A stretch of 64,000 nt of DNA from Paraspadella gotoi (taxonomy: Eukaryota; Animalia; Chaetognatha): NCBI GenBank assembly GCA_051294375.1, contig CM119268.1:9042721-9106720 (forward strand). The letters are read 5' to 3'. Each line of letters opens with the position of its first letter. Position 1 is the first letter of the stretch. The notes beneath the pieces were generated by a model that saw nothing but the letters and a program-made list of their open reading frames with translations, made no database searches and was not told the origin of the DNA. A program made the position numbers and the translations under genes. Positions 61,328 through 64,000 of the stretch are shown piece by piece.

Positions 61328-64000
61328 AGTTATCGGAATCAGGTTTTTAGCATCGATCGGAAAACCAATCATTTTGACCGCCGGTTTGGCGATATATATT
61401 AAAATATGATTAGATCCCTGAGCTTAGAAAACATAAACATAAACAAACAAACTCTCGCACGAGATAGAACATGCGATCCAGATATAACCGATAATCGTCT
61501 GAATGCGCGAGCGACGCGGTTCCCGAAGCCAACGATATGTATCTTTATCCCCCGTTCAAGCGTCACTTTATGACGTTTGCCATTCGAATTGTGTTTGTCT
61601 CCCCGTTGGCGTGGTGCCAATGTTTCTGCACTCGCGTCACATATTCGCCCCGTGACGACGATGATAAAGACGATGACGATGACGGCATCAACTACTTTAA
61701 AAAAAAAGAGCATTCACTGGTTGGTAAGTTGTGTCTGAACAGATACATGTATTTTTTAAGTAAAATTGGCATGGCCAGTTATGTCGAGGCTAAGCCGACG
61801 ACGACGACGATAACGATGACGACGACGACGACGACGCAGATATGCTATTGGTTTATCGATTTTTAGTCGTCGGGTCTTCCTTTATCATTCATAAACCGTC
61901 GGTTTACTTATTCACAGCGGCTTCGCCATTTCGATAGGATGATGCTTCATATAATTTTTCGGCTACAGGGCCATATAATTTTGCTTTCTAGTAGAATTTA
62001 TTCTTGAACGCAACCGCCACGCAAATAAATCCAAAGTGTTTTACGTTGCATCTCTTTGAAGTGCGAAAGCTTTGTCGGCGGTTTAGGATTCTGAACGGCT
62101 GATCACTGTTTTTAAATAATTTTGCTGGATTTGGTGGAAGCACTGAACAGTCGGCCTTTACAATCTTGACTCTTGATATATTCCTAACTTACGGCTCTTT
62201 CAAAGGTATAGAGAGTTTAATCCTTAAATCTGAATCGATAAATATCGCATTTGCTGTAGTATTTATCGACTAATTTCGTTGAAGAAAGAATAGATCGGAT
62301 AAAATGTTAAATTGTTAAGAATACATCAATCAACTGCCACATCGGCGCGTCACTGCATTGACTAAGCCGAAAAATACGATCGCTTTGAACGCGCGTGCTT
62401 TATAATCGAGCATTGCAGTAGATAGTTCATTGTGTAGATTGGTTTGAATGGAGTGTCTAGAAGTGGTATGTACTCAGGCATCTGTTCTGCAGAATTAATC
62501 AACCGGGCGGTGATGCTATCGGAATTAGGTCTGAAACGATGTCATCGAGCGAGTAATTTGGGCTGTTTGGAAATCTCCTCTCGCCTCAGCACGTGTTGTG
62601 GCATTCCCAGGTGTCAGTCGTCGGAGCGCCATTACGGTCTGCTACGGGTGCGCTCAGATGCGCGGGACGGAGTTCATGCGCGCTGGGTCTCTGTCTCGGC
62701 TGAGTTCTGCTTCGGTCTTCGTTCTTGTCGCTTCATCTGTGAGGCGGTCTGCTCTCTCCTCCCTCGTCTCGTTTCTGGTCCGTCCCTCGTGCGGTGGTCG
62801 CTCATGGATTACATCTCGATCATCTCTCTGCTCGAATGAATTACGGATGGTTTCGGTATCGCTCCGGTGTGCCGACTGTTGCGTGGCCTTTCCACAGACT
62901 ATTATCATTTCCGATTCCTTCTCATCCCATGTTCATTCTTGGACTACATCGCACTGTTTAGTGCACTTCTTCCTCTTTTTTTGTGCCGGGCCCCTAGAAA
63001 CAGGTGACTGCAATTGCCTTCGCTTTTTTTTAGTTTGCCTGTCTCATTGTCAGTTGTCCGCATGTGCGTTATTTGGCTTGTTCGCTCGTCCTTGTCGTCT
63101 GGCGTCTCTTTTTTTTTGTTGCTTTGTTCCTATCCCACGCTGGGCGGAGAATCGAAGGTGTGGCTTCTCTTGTTGTTTCCTTGTTCCATCGCTTGCTCGG
63201 ATGGTTGCCGGGCTCCGATTGTGGCTGAATCGACGTCAGGCTCGGCTTGCTTTTCATTACACGCTTTTTTTTTTATTAGCGAAGAGTCGCAGGTCGAGCG
63301 TGAGCTTATTTTACTATCTCGATTTCGATTGTTGCCGGACGTGCGCCCCTAGGAGCCTCTCTAAACGCATTTGTGTTTCCGCTCCCTCTTTGCTTGTCTT
63401 CATTCGCAATATGACTCTTCCTCTGCTTACTGATTCGGTTTACGTATTTCGCATTTTGCTTCTTCGTGCGCACTCTCTCTTCTCCGCGTCTGCTCGTCTC
63501 TCTTCTCAGTCTAACTGCGTCTGCTCCTCCCATCGTCTCTCTCTCTCTCATCTTGCTCTCTGCTCTCACTCTCTCCATCGATACCTCTCGGGCTGTCTCT
63601 GCTCCGTTCATCGTCACTTCTCCCTGCCGCCGCATCCCTTAAGTCTTCCCTGTTGGCATTCCATTCGATTTTCGCTTCTTCTTTCCTCTTTCTTTGTTTT
63701 TTTTCCACTGACGTTCATGTTCCTCGGAGCGCGCAAGAAAAGAGACTAAACCGTGTCGGACAGCTCTTTTCCTCAATTGGCTGCCGGGTTGTGGGCGCTC
63801 AATGTACAGAGAGCATCTTCAGTATCTTCATTATCTGCTGTATTTTCAGTAAAGGATAGCGAAGCATAGTACGTATAGTTTTGTGTTTATTCTTCCGTGC
63901 ATTATCGAAAATCTTACGCATTAGATGAAAAAATGCTGTACAGGAGTTTTTTTCAGCAATCAGGCCCTTAAGTTGGAAATTCTTGCTCAACTCCTCCGCC

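Noticed and set aside
62598-63749. 383-aa ORF, the longest in the track
   Set aside because: The plus strand is strongly A-poor, so stops are rare by composition; the Cys/Ser/Leu/Arg-rich product has no recognisable motif and starts at GTG.
63799-64000. RhoGEF DH-like 'RYPLL' motif
   Set aside because: The preceding P-x-Q-R motif is absent and the spacing is wrong.

Overview
AT-rich but CpG-retaining animal (invertebrate-like) genomic scaffold, dense in (CT)n/(GA)n and (ACG)n microsatellites, with 8 N-gaps and many 1-bp indels, as expected from noisy long-read gap filling. I see no prokaryotic operon, CRISPR array, rRNA or intact tRNA, and most of the ORF track is microsatellite noise. Supported content: (1) A ~10-kb tandem duplication (17718-27670 / 27678-37860). 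(2) An intronless 186-aa orphan gene (32521-33081, +) with TATA, Inr and an ERE-like palindrome upstream; its duplicate is frameshifted. (3) A multi-exon minus-strand gene (at least 42283 to ~35140) with phase-consistent splice junctions, including a GC-AG intron, encoding a >1000-aa acidic, disordered protein of unknown family. (4) A family of Helentron-type non-autonomous elements (HINE/DINE-1-like), two of which form a 4.4-kb head-to-head palindrome. (5) Four Penelope pLTR-like units carrying minimal hammerhead ribozyme cores. (6) A tRNA-headed SINE-like family carrying a twister-ribozyme-like module with a covarying stem; two copies share a conserved upstream block plus TATA, which simple retroposition would not copy. 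(7) Several short unique islands between microsatellites, each packed with one repeated motif, including a ~37-bp-period array with divergent spacers. The best candidate for an undescribed system is (6); (2), (5) and (7) also merit follow-up. Several structural oddities may be assembly artefacts.
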